64,000 bases of DNA, taken from Selaginella moellendorffii (Eukaryota; Plantae; Lycopodiophyta). Below are positions 12,390 to 22,998 of the stretch, piece after piece. A program made the translations under genes and the position numbers. The stretch spans positions 3,709,229 to 3,773,228 of the forward strand of contig NW_003314264.1 of the NCBI RefSeq assembly GCF_000143415.4, given 5' to 3'. Within the stretch, counting starts at the first letter, position 1, and each line of letters starts with the position of its first letter. Under the pieces are notes generated by a model. That model was not told the DNA's origin and did no database searches. It worked only from the letters and a program-made list of their open reading frames with translations.

Positions 12390-14700
12390 CGAGGTTTTTT
12401 AGGGTTCTTGATTGCTGGCGGGTATGAATGGCAACTGGTGAGTTCCTGGCATTGTTTTTTTCTAATGGCAACTAGTTCCTGGCATGTTTTTTCACTTCCT
12501 AGCATAGTTTATGACCTGGGCTCTGGAAGTGTGAAGCTTCTTTTCTCTTTTTTATTTTCGGCAGGCATCTGATTGTTTTGTCGATGCACGGAACAATGGG
12601 ACAAAATGGTGCCTCCGGATCATCACAGCCTGATCAACCGCGAAAAATAATTCACGTCCACAGCAACACACTGCGGCATACTAGTCTCCTCAAGCTCATA
12701 AATTTGCTGCGCCGCGGCTGACACTGGTGAGTGATTCCGGGGGATTGTTTGAATGATTGAAAATGGCCACGGCCCCACAAACCTGTGCCCAAATCACTCG
12801 CTTGGTTCCTTTGCCTCCCTTGAAAAAAAAATTTCCTTCATGCTTGCAAGACCATCTTATTTTTCTAACTTGTTTTTTTGCTTTGTTTTCGGTTTGTTTT
12901 TCTTTTGTTTTTGCTCCATCTTTGCTTTTAACTTGTTTTTGCTTTGCAGGCACAGTCACACCACTGACGAGTCCCATTCAACGTTTTTCCAAATCTCTCT
13001 CGGAACGGAGATGTTACCTCTGCGAGCAAATGTGATGAAGGCTTTCGTGCTCAGTGCGTACTGGCGAGTGTTGCTGCCATGGCGACGTAGAACTTGGCCT
13101 GTAAGTCCTCTCTCTTTCCTAGTTTCCTGCGTTGCTGCTGACTGGTCTTGGTCTCTCGGTCGTGCTCCAGCAGTAGTTTTCGCTTTGTCTTTTCTAAAAA
13201 ACTCTGGGCTTCGAAAGTGTTGGTAGCTCCTGTTTCGATTTATTGCCATGGCCAGCTAGCTCCAACTCGACAGTAGAATTTTTTCATCTGAGCGTATGAA
13301 AGCTTTGCGTTCCTTGCAGTGGCCGTTAATGGAAAGGTAATTGGTGAAGAGCAGAGCTGCGCGACGTGTGTAAGTTGTTTTAGCCTTCCATGTTTCGAGT
13401 TCTTGCTGTTTTTGTCACAAAATTCAAGCTCGCAGGCAGGCAGTCTGGCTGGATTTAAGAGAATGATGGCGGTATGAGTCAAGTGGCAACACAGGTACCC
13501 TGGCAAAGCTCTCACCGGTGTTGGGACTCTGATATGAAACGAGTGTGTGTTTGTGCTGTGTCAGGTTTGGAATATACATTATGTGTTCCTGGATGGGCCG
13601 AGAGTACATTCTCTCCATGCAAATCCCCAGAGTTCTTGTCAAGACACTGGCTTCGTGTTATTGCTCGCTACGTGACCAAACACACGTATTTTGGGGCGCT
13701 TGTTACCACAGGGAGGTGATTGATGTACAAGGACGGGTATGTTCTTTTCTATCTATTTTCTCGTTTTTTTCTTCTTCTTCTTCTTTTTTTTCCCTTTCGT
13801 TTTGGTTTTTCTTTCTCTTTTCTCTTTTCTCTCCAAGTGCATGTACTAACAGAGGTGTCCATGGAATTTTGCAGGGACGTTCTTTCTCCATGAGTCAGGC
13901 TTTTGTTTAAATGGGAGGAAGGCGACTGATGGGCCTTGGAAAAAGGTAATCTGTCGAGGCACAGCTTAAATACAAGGTACGTATGCGTTGCTGGATATGG
14001 TGCGCCAGAGAGATCTTTTGGCTCACAGGATTCGTTCGTTCGGGCGGATCCTGACCTTTTTTCCAGTCGCAGTGAAAGAAAAAGCAAAACTCTATACGCT
14101 CTCATAGGCCGAAAGTTCTCCTTTCTCGAAACTAACACGTTTTTTTTTCTCCTGATGGTTCTTGCAGGTAGATATACTAGTACCAATGCCAATGTAGAAG
14201 ATTTCATCAGGTACTCGCCACCACTTGAATTGCCGTGCTGAAGCAACGAAAGACTATCCGTTCGTGGTAACATGGTAAGTATCTCCGATGCATCTGAGCA
14301 TTGATTGTCTTCCTTGTTTTCTAACTCTAGAGCTCGTTTTTCTTCTAACAGGTGGTGTTTTCCTGTGCTCGTGGAACCAAGTCCAGATTCAAGCAAATGC
14401 AAATGCGCACCGGCGAGACATAACATTAAACAAGGAGGAGCGTTTCGTTGCGCGTCCTTGGACAGTTTTTAACTCACACGACACACGCAAGCCAGCCACA
14501 GTTGTGTGAATTGATCCCATCGCAGACATTCCTCCTCCGACGTTGCGAACGTGGTGGTAAGTAACTCCAAAGTCTCCCAAGTATTTCTTCTTTTGTTCTT
14601 CTTCCACATTTCATTAATTCCGTGTCATGCGCAGCTGCTAAGGAATCTGAGAGAGGGAGGTATTTATATTGTTTCTTCTCCGGGTCTCGGGAATCAAGCT
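12390..14700 (+). ncRNA. Putative multi-exon long non-coding transcript
   Basis: Telo-box at 12399-12406, then alternating plus-strand donors and polypyrimidine-CAG acceptors; no ORF continues across the exons. Confidence 0.4.
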
Positions 14701-16350
14701 AAAGGTAAAGAACAGTCCGGCTCTTCCAGATCTCCAGACACTCCGCTCAGTCAAATTTATGATTTGGAGAGCGAGCAAAGATGGTTTTCTCGATTGCGGA
14801 ACCAGCTAGCCAGCCAGCTAAACGAGACGAGACGAGACGAGGATATCAGGCAAGTTTTACCAGCGATGATACGAGAAGATGATCATTGAGCTGAGGAACG
14901 CCAGGCACAATACTATTTGGCTTGGCTTCCAAGGATTGGTTTCACATGAATTTATTCCCAGGCGCCATTAAATGCTCTTGAATGCATGTGCCAACAATGA
15001 ATGAGGCAAGAGGGTGAGGTCTATCAAATCGGACATAAATGTTTGATGGTTCGTTCGTTCGCTCGCTTACGAATGGATAGAAAGTAAAAAAAAAAAATCA
15101 AGGGAAAAACTGATTTTGTATTTAAAAACGGATCATTTTCGCGATGTTTCCGAGACCATGATCATCAAGTGGTGCTTCAAACATAGGAACGTGATGAAAG
15201 TGATCTCTGCTGCTGCGAAGGTCGAAAATGTCTGAGGAAGAACATGTCAAACGTCTATAATTTTGCTTGCTCCAGCCATTCATGGCTCATGAGCATTGTA
15301 GTCTACATATAGTTGTTTAGAGCGGAAGCGATGGTTCCATGCACGACGACGAGCCACATTTCAACGCGATGGAGGCATGTTTCGTAGTCAAAGTTTCGCT
15401 CCGCGTTGAATGGACTCTTTCAAACTTAAAGATTATGGAAAGGGATTGGATTGGCACTATGCTTCTTGGTGGGCAAGACCTCACTAAACAACATATAATT
15501 CAGTGACTGAATGTTATTGTGGATTCAAAGATTCGAGCATCTGGAGAACACGTTTAATAGCGTTTCTCAAGTTCCCAGTGCGAGAACTTCAGTTCCAGAT
15601 CTCTTCTTCCACTAGCAGGAAGTGTAAGATAAAGATTCCTCGGGAATTTTAAACCAGCCATTAGCAGCACCTATCTGGAATCTCACTTACGCTGACACTC
15701 GTCAATCTCTTCTTGGAAAGGAAGATCAAACGCGGAGAATACATTTGTATTTTACTGAAGAAATAAGAATATGAAACGCTCGGATTGAATCTTAAGAACA
15801 AACAGGCATCTTCGCAGCCTTTAATGCGCGGGTGTTGAAATAGCATGACACAAAGGAAGAAAAAAAAAAGAAGGAAAAAAGAACAGAAAAAAAAGAAAAA
15901 GAGAACCAAGGGGAAGAACACAACTACGTAACAGTGTTCACATCATTTGATATCTTTGTAAGTGTGTAGTATAAGACATGTGCTTGTGTGTGAAAGTCCT
16001 TTTTTTTCCCGAGGTGGGTTCTTGAGAGCGAGAGTTTGGAGTTTCATTTCGAGTATGATCGGCGTGCGAGGAGCTGGGATCCTCCAAAAAAGCAATTTTT
16101 AACGTGAATGATTGGATCCTGCTCGTCAAGAGGCGAGCAGAATGATTCCCGGCTTGCACCAAGGGTCATGAAAATCATCCGGGACGAAGAGGATCGAGAG
16201 ATCAGAGTGAGCGAGAGGAAGAGAGAGAGAGGGAGAGATCAAGGATAAGCTTCGTTTTTCTGGTTCCACTAACTGCTGCTGGGAATCTCAGGGGTCACAC
16301 ACTATGAAAGGATTCTCTTTTCAAGTATAAAGGGAACCGATTCGTCCATA

Positions 16351-16419
<69 letters not shown>
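16351..16419. repeat. Compound (CT)n(CA)n microsatellite
   Basis: Directly visible, just downstream of TATAAAG at 16326-16332. Confidence 0.95.
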
Positions 16420-16422
<3 letters not shown>

Positions 16423-16745
16423 CCCATCTTGATCTTGCATGTAAGAATTGGCGATCTTTCTAGCTTCCATAAGCCGCGATTCTGTGCAAGCGCTCGAGAG
16501 GGACTCTGTGAAGATCGAAGCTGGGAAGACAATGCCTGTCTAGAGGAGGAAGAAGGATAAAGAAAGAAGAAAGAGCAGAGGAGCTTAGCGATATATAAAG
16601 TTTCTTTCCAGCGCGCATTCTTTCCGGGCCGATTGATTGATTGATCCTCGAATTTTGCTGACACCGCCGATCGAGAGAGGGCTTTTTGTCCGAGATTTCA
16701 TGTCAATCCGTGTCCCATCGGCAAGCCGTGGACACGGGGAGGAGC

Positions 16746-17222
16746 ATGACAGGCTTCTTCATCTGCTTCATCAGGTGGTGCATGGCTATGGCGGTCGTCT
16801 TTGCTCTCGCGGCAGATCTTTGCGATCTCAAGGCCAGCGCGAGGAAGACAATGCACGATCGCCACCACCAGCGCCACCATTCATCCACAGAAACGACGAC
16901 CCTTCACGTCCCTGGTGGTGATCAAGCCCCCTCTTCCTCCTCCTCTATCTTCTCTCGTTCACAACACCACCACCACCACCACCACCATCGCCACCATCAA
17001 CAATCTCCGCGAGTGGACCAACAAGACAAGCTTGGCACTAGCGATGATTCAAGAGCGTTTGGCTACGCCGCTCACAGCCCTCCATCGCAAGGGACGCTGC
17101 TGAGCGATCCATTGCCTTCTCCTCGAGCTCCACCATTCTATCCGGGATCATCCACCTCGGACGCTTCCTTCTACACCTCCGAGCACCTCGTTCCCAGCGG
17201 CCCGGATCCTCTCCACAACTAA
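16746..17222 (+). CDS. CLE peptide precursor (mature HLVPSGPDPLHN) with His-rich variable region
   Basis: Hydrophobic N-terminus MTGFFICFIRWCMAMAVVFALAA; ends SEHLVPSGPDPLHN*, similar to CLE9/10 RLVPSGPNPLHN; TATATAAAG at 16592-16600. Confidence 0.88.
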   Translation: MTGFFICFIRWCMAMAVVFALAADLCDLKASARKTMHDRHHQRHHSSTETTTLHVPGGDQAPSSSSSIFSRSQHHHHHHHHRHHQQSPRVDQQDKLGTSDDSRAFGYAAHSPPSQGTLLSDPLPSPRAPPFYPGSSTSDASFYTSEHLVPSGPDPLHN

Positions 17223-18416
17223 AAATCCTCCAGGAAATCTTGAAGCTCTTCTGCTGCTCGATCGATACAGAAGCTAGGTACGAGCGAGCGAGGATCACAA
17301 ACAACTTCGTTCCAGCCAGGGCCAAAAGATACGTATATATGATCTTAGAACTTCGAGGGAGTTTTTTCTTTTTTTGTGTCCTTCTTCCAAGGCTCTTCTA
17401 ACAACGAGCAAGCACACCACCGAGCAGTGACCAGCACCAGCACCACTACTCACACAGAGATCGAAAAGCCCTCCTCGGCCTTTTTGTGGCTTTTTGGATT
17501 TTGATTGACTGGACTGATTGATTGGTTTGATTCAATCATCATCATCGCCAACAACAAAGGAAGAGCTTTAGTTCTTCATCAAAGTATTGGGGCTTTTCAC
17601 AGAAAAATTCTCGAGTCCAGCAACAGGTTGATTGATCGTAGAAGTTTGTATCTGCCCAATACTTCGATGAAGAGGATAAAAATCTCTGCCTCATGGCTTA
17701 CAAGCACAAGTTCTGCTGTGTGGTTCCTCCAGCCAGGTCTTTCTTGGAGGAACCAAAAAAAATTTTGTTCTTGGGGAACTTCGATCATAACTTATGAATC
17801 AAACGAAACCATTCCAAGGTGTAAGTGCTGTGTGTCTCCACGACTTGTGTTTCTCCCTCCCTGTATCAATCAATGCTCTCACGGAGTCAAGGCAGACCAA
17901 AAACGAGAGAAGAAGTTCTCGCATAATTGTCAGCTCGATCGTGCATCCACCACGAAGAACTGTTGACTTTCGCAAGACAAGAACAGGAAAAGAAAAGAGC
18001 TCTTTGTTTTTTTTTCTATGTGTGTGTGTGTATGTGTGTGTCCTTCATTGGAACAAGCTTCTTCTCACTGTTGTAGATATCCCTCCATCCTCGCAAAGTC
18101 AACTTACATTTGGTGGCGCTGTCGCGAGAAAAAATGGCTTGCTGATGATGGAAGAACCAAAGAAAAATGTATAGAAGAGAGTAGGCCTAGCTATAGCCCT
18201 TGTGCTTTCTTTTGATATCTTTATTTCTTTTCTCTTCTCTACTCTTTCCAAAACCCTAATCAGGGCGCCAGTCTCCCCAGATGAGATCACTGCGGCATCA
18301 CGGCGGCACCTCCGATTCCAGGCAGCCGAGCCACGGCGATCGATCCATGGAGTGGAACCCCGCATTCTTCCATAGCGCGCGCCGGGGTCGAGCAGAAATC
18401 CGGGAAATCCAAGAAG

Positions 18417-20078
18417 GTGAGGGTTAATCTAGCGCCTCTCCTCGCCGCGATCAAGGCATGCAGCGAGGCAAGGGATGTGGAGAAAGGGAGAAGGATTCAC
18501 AGGGAGATTGGGGAGGAGATCAGGGATAATGTCTACGTGACGAGCAGCTTGGTCAGCATGTACTCGCGGTGTGGAAGCTTGGTAGAGGCGCGCAGAGTTT
18601 TCGATGGGATGGGTTATAGCCGCAATGTGGTGGCCTGGACAGCACTGGTCATGGGGCATGTAGAAAGCGGCCATGCCAGAGTGGCTCTCGAGCTTTTCGA
18701 TCGTATGCAACTGGAAGGCTGCTCGCCAAACGCACGGACCTTCGTCGCCGCGATCAAGGCTTGCGCAAGGCTGGCAGAAGAAGAAGAAGTTGGCGATGGA
18801 AAGGCGAGATCTTTACGCAAAGGAGCTGCCATTCACTCGCTTTTATCAGCGTGTGGCCTCGACTCGGATGTTTTCCTCGCAAGTTGCCTGGTGGAGATGT
18901 ACGCGAAGTGTGGGAGGATGACGAGCGCAAGACTGGTTTTCGACGCCGCGCCATGCCGCGACGTTGTTCTCTGGACTTGTCTCATGCTGGGTTACGCTGA
19001 CAATGCGGAGGAGGATCTAGCTCTGGATTGCCTTGGACGGATGGAAGCACAGGGCTGTCCACCAAATGCGTGGACGTTTGCTGTGGCATTGAAGGCCTGC
19101 ATTGGGCTGGCGGGGAGAGAGCAAGGCACGCAAGTTGATGGGAAGATCTTTAAGGTGGGGTCTCTCCGGAAAGGAATGGACGTTCACTCCCGGGCCGCTG
19201 CCAGTGGATGTGACGAGGAAAAGTTCGTGGCAAGCAGCTTGGTGGCCATGTACGCAAAGTGTGGCAGCATGGTCGACGCCGGAAAGGTGTTTGACAGGAT
19301 GAGGCAGCGTGACGTTGTCTCTTGGAACTCTCTCATAGGTGGATACGCGGAGAACGGGCAGGGGAAGCTGGCTTTGGAAGCTCTCGAGAGAATGGAGCTC
19401 GAGTGCTGCTCGCCGGACACCGGAACGTACGTCGCTGCGTTGAAGGCCAGCGGGAGTGTTGTTGCCGTGGAAGCTGGGAGGCGGATCCACGCTCAAGTTT
19501 GTAGGAGAGGTCTTGAGCGAGACCGAGCACTGGCGACTTCTCTGGTGGATTTTTACGGGAAGTGTGGGAGCATGCTCGAGGCTCACCAGGCGTTCGATTC
19601 ACTCGCACCCAGGGATGCTGTAGCACTCACTGCTTTGCTCGCTGGATACAGTCGGGAAGGGGATGTGAGGAGCGTGCTGGAACTTTTCAGCGGGATGGCC
19701 GCCGAAGGTCTCCGAGCCGATGGGATCACTCTCGTCTGCGTCCTGGCTCTGTGCAGCCATGCCGGCCTTGCGGATAAGGGGAAGGAGTTTTTCGAGGCCA
19801 TGAGCTCCAAGTATGGCGTCACTCCGATGCTCGAGCACTATCACTGTATGGTGGACATTCTCGGCCGCTCCAGTCAACTGGATGCCGCGATTTCCTTGGT
19901 GAAGTCGACGCCAGCGGACTCGAGCTCGTTGGCTTGGCTGACGGTCTTAGGAGCATGCACGAAGTGGAGAGACGAGTCCGGGGGAAGGGTCGCGTTTGGC
20001 TCGTTGAAGAACTTGGGTGAAATGGACGCGGCAGCTTGCGTGTTGATGGAAAGCATTTACAAGGCCTCGAGAAGATGA
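18417..20078 (+). CDS. PLS-class PPR protein with short E-like C-terminus and no DYW; start codon uncertain
   Basis: Repeated MYxKCG / DVVSWNSLIGGYA motifs, HYHCMVDILGRS, WLTVLGAC; no in-frame ATG before 18558. Confidence 0.85.
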   Translation: MRVNLAPLLAAIKACSEARDVEKGRRIHREIGEEIRDNVYVTSSLVSMYSRCGSLVEARRVFDGMGYSRNVVAWTALVMGHVESGHARVALELFDRMQLEGCSPNARTFVAAIKACARLAEEEEVGDGKARSLRKGAAIHSLLSACGLDSDVFLASCLVEMYAKCGRMTSARLVFDAAPCRDVVLWTCLMLGYADNAEEDLALDCLGRMEAQGCPPNAWTFAVALKACIGLAGREQGTQVDGKIFKVGSLRKGMDVHSRAAASGCDEEKFVASSLVAMYAKCGSMVDAGKVFDRMRQRDVVSWNSLIGGYAENGQGKLALEALERMELECCSPDTGTYVAALKASGSVVAVEAGRRIHAQVCRRGLERDRALATSLVDFYGKCGSMLEAHQAFDSLAPRDAVALTALLAGYSREGDVRSVLELFSGMAAEGLRADGITLVCVLALCSHAGLADKGKEFFEAMSSKYGVTPMLEHYHCMVDILGRSSQLDAAISLVKSTPADSSSLAWLTVLGACTKWRDESGGRVAFGSLKNLGEMDAAACVLMESIYKASRR

Positions 20079-20088
20079 AACGAGCGTA

Positions 20089-22829
20089 TCAAAGCGGAGT
20101 TTCGTTCTTCATTTTCGCTACCAGCTCGTCGATTTTCATGAACTGCCGCGACCAGCTCGAGTCGTACAAAAACTGGCGCTGATCGAAACGATTGTCGTCG
20201 GGAGAGTAGCTCTGCGATCCATCCAGCGATGTTAGAACTCAAGAAAGATCAAAGCAAGATTACCTCCGCGTGGTAACTTGGCGTTAGAGTCGTCATCTTG
20301 TGCCTGTTGATGGAATAGTAGCGGAAAAAATCCTTCACCTTGTTCGCAACTTGCTTATGGTGGAGTCCATTCCACTCTTGGCACAATCTCTGTACAAAGC
20401 GAGTGATATGAGCAAGAAAGAAAAGTTAAAAACTCTACCTGGAACATTGCGACGGGCCCAAGCCTGTCGACTTTTCGCAGACGAGAAAAACTGTTAAGTT
20501 CATCGTAAGTCATCCCCATGTCCTCTTCGTCCGTCTAGCGATTCGAGACACAGCGTTAGAGAGAAAAGCTTATGAAAGTTTCTAGGCCAAGTACCTGTTT
20601 GTATCCATCGCTGCTCGGCTCCAGCTCCGCCGTTGGTGGAGCAGCTTCCACTTGAGCAAGAACAGGGAAGCCAAGTTTTTGTGCTCCCCAGCGAAGGAAT
20701 GCTCGCAAGTCTCTTTTGCTAATACCACCTATGGGATTTATATCCGCGGAGCTGCAGTCATACTAAACGAGAAATACCATAAGAGGAGAAAAGAAAGCAT
20801 TGCAGCTCTACCTTGGTCATGTATCCTCGGATGCTTTCATCGGCATTAGAACTGCCGAGCACGAGAAGGAATCCTTTCTTTCTTCCGACCCATGGAAGCA
20901 ACGAGGCTAGCATGTATGATATCACCATCCGGACTCTGGCTTGCAGATTTTGTAGTGCTAGATTCTCGACTGGAGTACCAGAGTCCACCTGAAGGCACGG
21001 AAGACAAGTGGTGTTGGCGACAGAAGAAAAGAACACGAAAAGAAAGGTTTTGAGACCTTGTACCGCGGAATTCTTCCCGTCAAGCCACAAAAGAGAGAGA
21101 TGAGCGCGTTCACGACCATATCGATCTTCAAGTTCCAGTGGTTGGAGCCGATCTCTCTAGCTAGCTGCTGTGCCCTGCTTTGCGTTTCTGTAGAGCTACA
21201 AAAGGAATAGAATCGTCAAAGCTACATGTCGCAAAACGGCTTACCTGTTTTGTGAAGCCATGTACACTGTGTAGAAGATCCTGCTAGCGAACTCTTGAGA
21301 ATCGGCTGGTTCTTCATCGGGTTTATAGTTTCCTATCCTCCTCGCATCAGTCAAGACTCGTTTATCGTTTTCGTGAATAGCTGCAAAGACAAACGTTGCT
21401 TAGAATGTGGATGAGAATGGAGATTAACCTTTGATAACAAGCTGACACATGGAGCCAACTATTGCAGCCACTGCCGAGCTATCAGCACCACCAGAGAGTG
21501 GGAGCAAGTAACCTGAAGCTCCACTGCGACGCAAGTAATCCCAAAGCCAGCACGCTGGCCCCAGCGCTATTTCCTGTTCTGGTAGAAATCGAGTTGCCTG
21601 TTTTCTAAAACTCACGAGACTGGAACATATCATTGATGGTCAAACCTTACCTTCAATGGCCGACTAATTCGCAAAGATCGACTAGAGCTTAACTCGCAGA
21701 GAGATGCAGCTACGTTGACACAAGCCATAGAACGCCGCTCACTCGCCTGCTCGCGGAAGCTGCTTTTAGAGGCCCTGAAGTTGACGACCTGCAAGCAAGA
21801 AGCGATCATGCAAAGAAGCAAAAAAGAATAACACTCACCTCGTCTAGATCAAGGCACACTGTGCACACATCAACATCACGCAGCGAGAACTGGCGTCCTT
21901 GGAGGATCACTTCTCCGTTCATCACAACGCTGGCACATCCATCTGCAAAAAATAAATCCAGTGACGATGCTTGCGAGCGTCCACTTACCATAGTAAAGCC
22001 GCCCGCCATCGCAGCCTTGCTGGTTTGCGTACAAGTAGACACCACCACATCTCTCGGTTACGTTTTTCATGAGCCGGAGCCTTGTACGCTGCTTTCGAAG
22101 CTGGTGGTGGCTGCCACTTCCATTGGAAATAATTTGCACGCCATGGAGTGCCAGGCCGCTGCTGGCTTGCTTGGGAGTGAAGAGCTCCTCGCAGCATTCG
22201 GACGCAAGATCCCTGGAGAGAGAGAGAAGCAAGCTTAGAATCCACTGCAAAAAAATTTTTTTTTTCACGTACGTGTCCTGGAACGAGAGGTATGCGTCTC
22301 CAAATGGTGCTGTTCTTTGCGACTTAATGGCTTGCACACACTCGGGGAGATTCAAAGATGTCACCACCTTGTGCCGCTTCCACGACGAGAACCATCGCAG
22401 CTCACGATAGTTTCCATCGTTGGCCATGAACTTCTTTGGACGAACGAGAAGAATCTCCCCATTGAGGCAAAACACCCGGCAATTGTAAAGCACCCCTTCG
22501 TGTAGCACGGGAAGGCCGATATCACACACGATCCCATCCGTGAGGCCGGAGGAAAGGATCTCCGCCAGGCACTCCCACCTGCGCAAAGCGAGAATCGATC
22601 GATCCCCAGCCCTAGAAATCGATCGAAGCACTTACGCGGTAATGCAGGTCTCTCGCTCCAGGAAGTGATCCTCGCAACCATATCCAGTGAGCTCCAGCTC
22701 GGGGCCGACGCGGAAGGCGGCGCCGCTCTCCCTAGCGATGGCGATGGACTGCTTGGTGTTGCTCAGGTTGTGATCGAAGCTCATCGCCCATTGATTCAAG
22801 CTAGACACTGCAAGATTGACGAGCCTCAT
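20089..22829 (-). CDS. QNS1: Glutamine-dependent NAD+ synthetase, multi-exon
   Basis: [16 protein letters not shown]...[79 protein letters not shown]. Confidence 0.93.
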
Positions 22830-22839
22830 TGCTCAAGAG

Positions 22840-22864
22840 CCCTAAAATTTAAACCCTAAAACCT
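22840..22864. promoter_or_regulatory. Telo-box motifs upstream of NAD synthetase; similar motifs near 3591, 4981, 12399, 18251, 25135, 40137 and 54878
   Basis: AAACCCTA / TAGGGTT(T) recurring just before start codons. Confidence 0.55.
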
Positions 22865-22998
22865 TCCATCCCGCCAAGTAAGCTATAAAGTTGGACAGAG
22901 GCATTTTTTCTTATGGTTTCTTCCACAACTGGAGTTTCACTCACTGGTGAGGTGAGGCGATTTGATCTGTGGAAGATTATATACTCTCGATTGCAAGA

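Noticed and set aside
13749-14426. 225-aa minus-strand ORF
   Set aside because: No recognisable domain; K/R runs are the antisense of plus-strand polypyrimidine tracts
14551-14889. ORF with signal-peptide-like start (possible third secreted peptide)
   Set aside because: GTG start; the hydrophobic stretch is a pyrimidine-rich GTAAGT...CAG intron; no peptide-hormone motif
13032-15236. Box C (GTGATGA) / box D (CTGA) pairs near 13032 and 15192 as snoRNAs
   Set aside because: No terminal stems, unsuitable spacing, no recognisable rRNA guide
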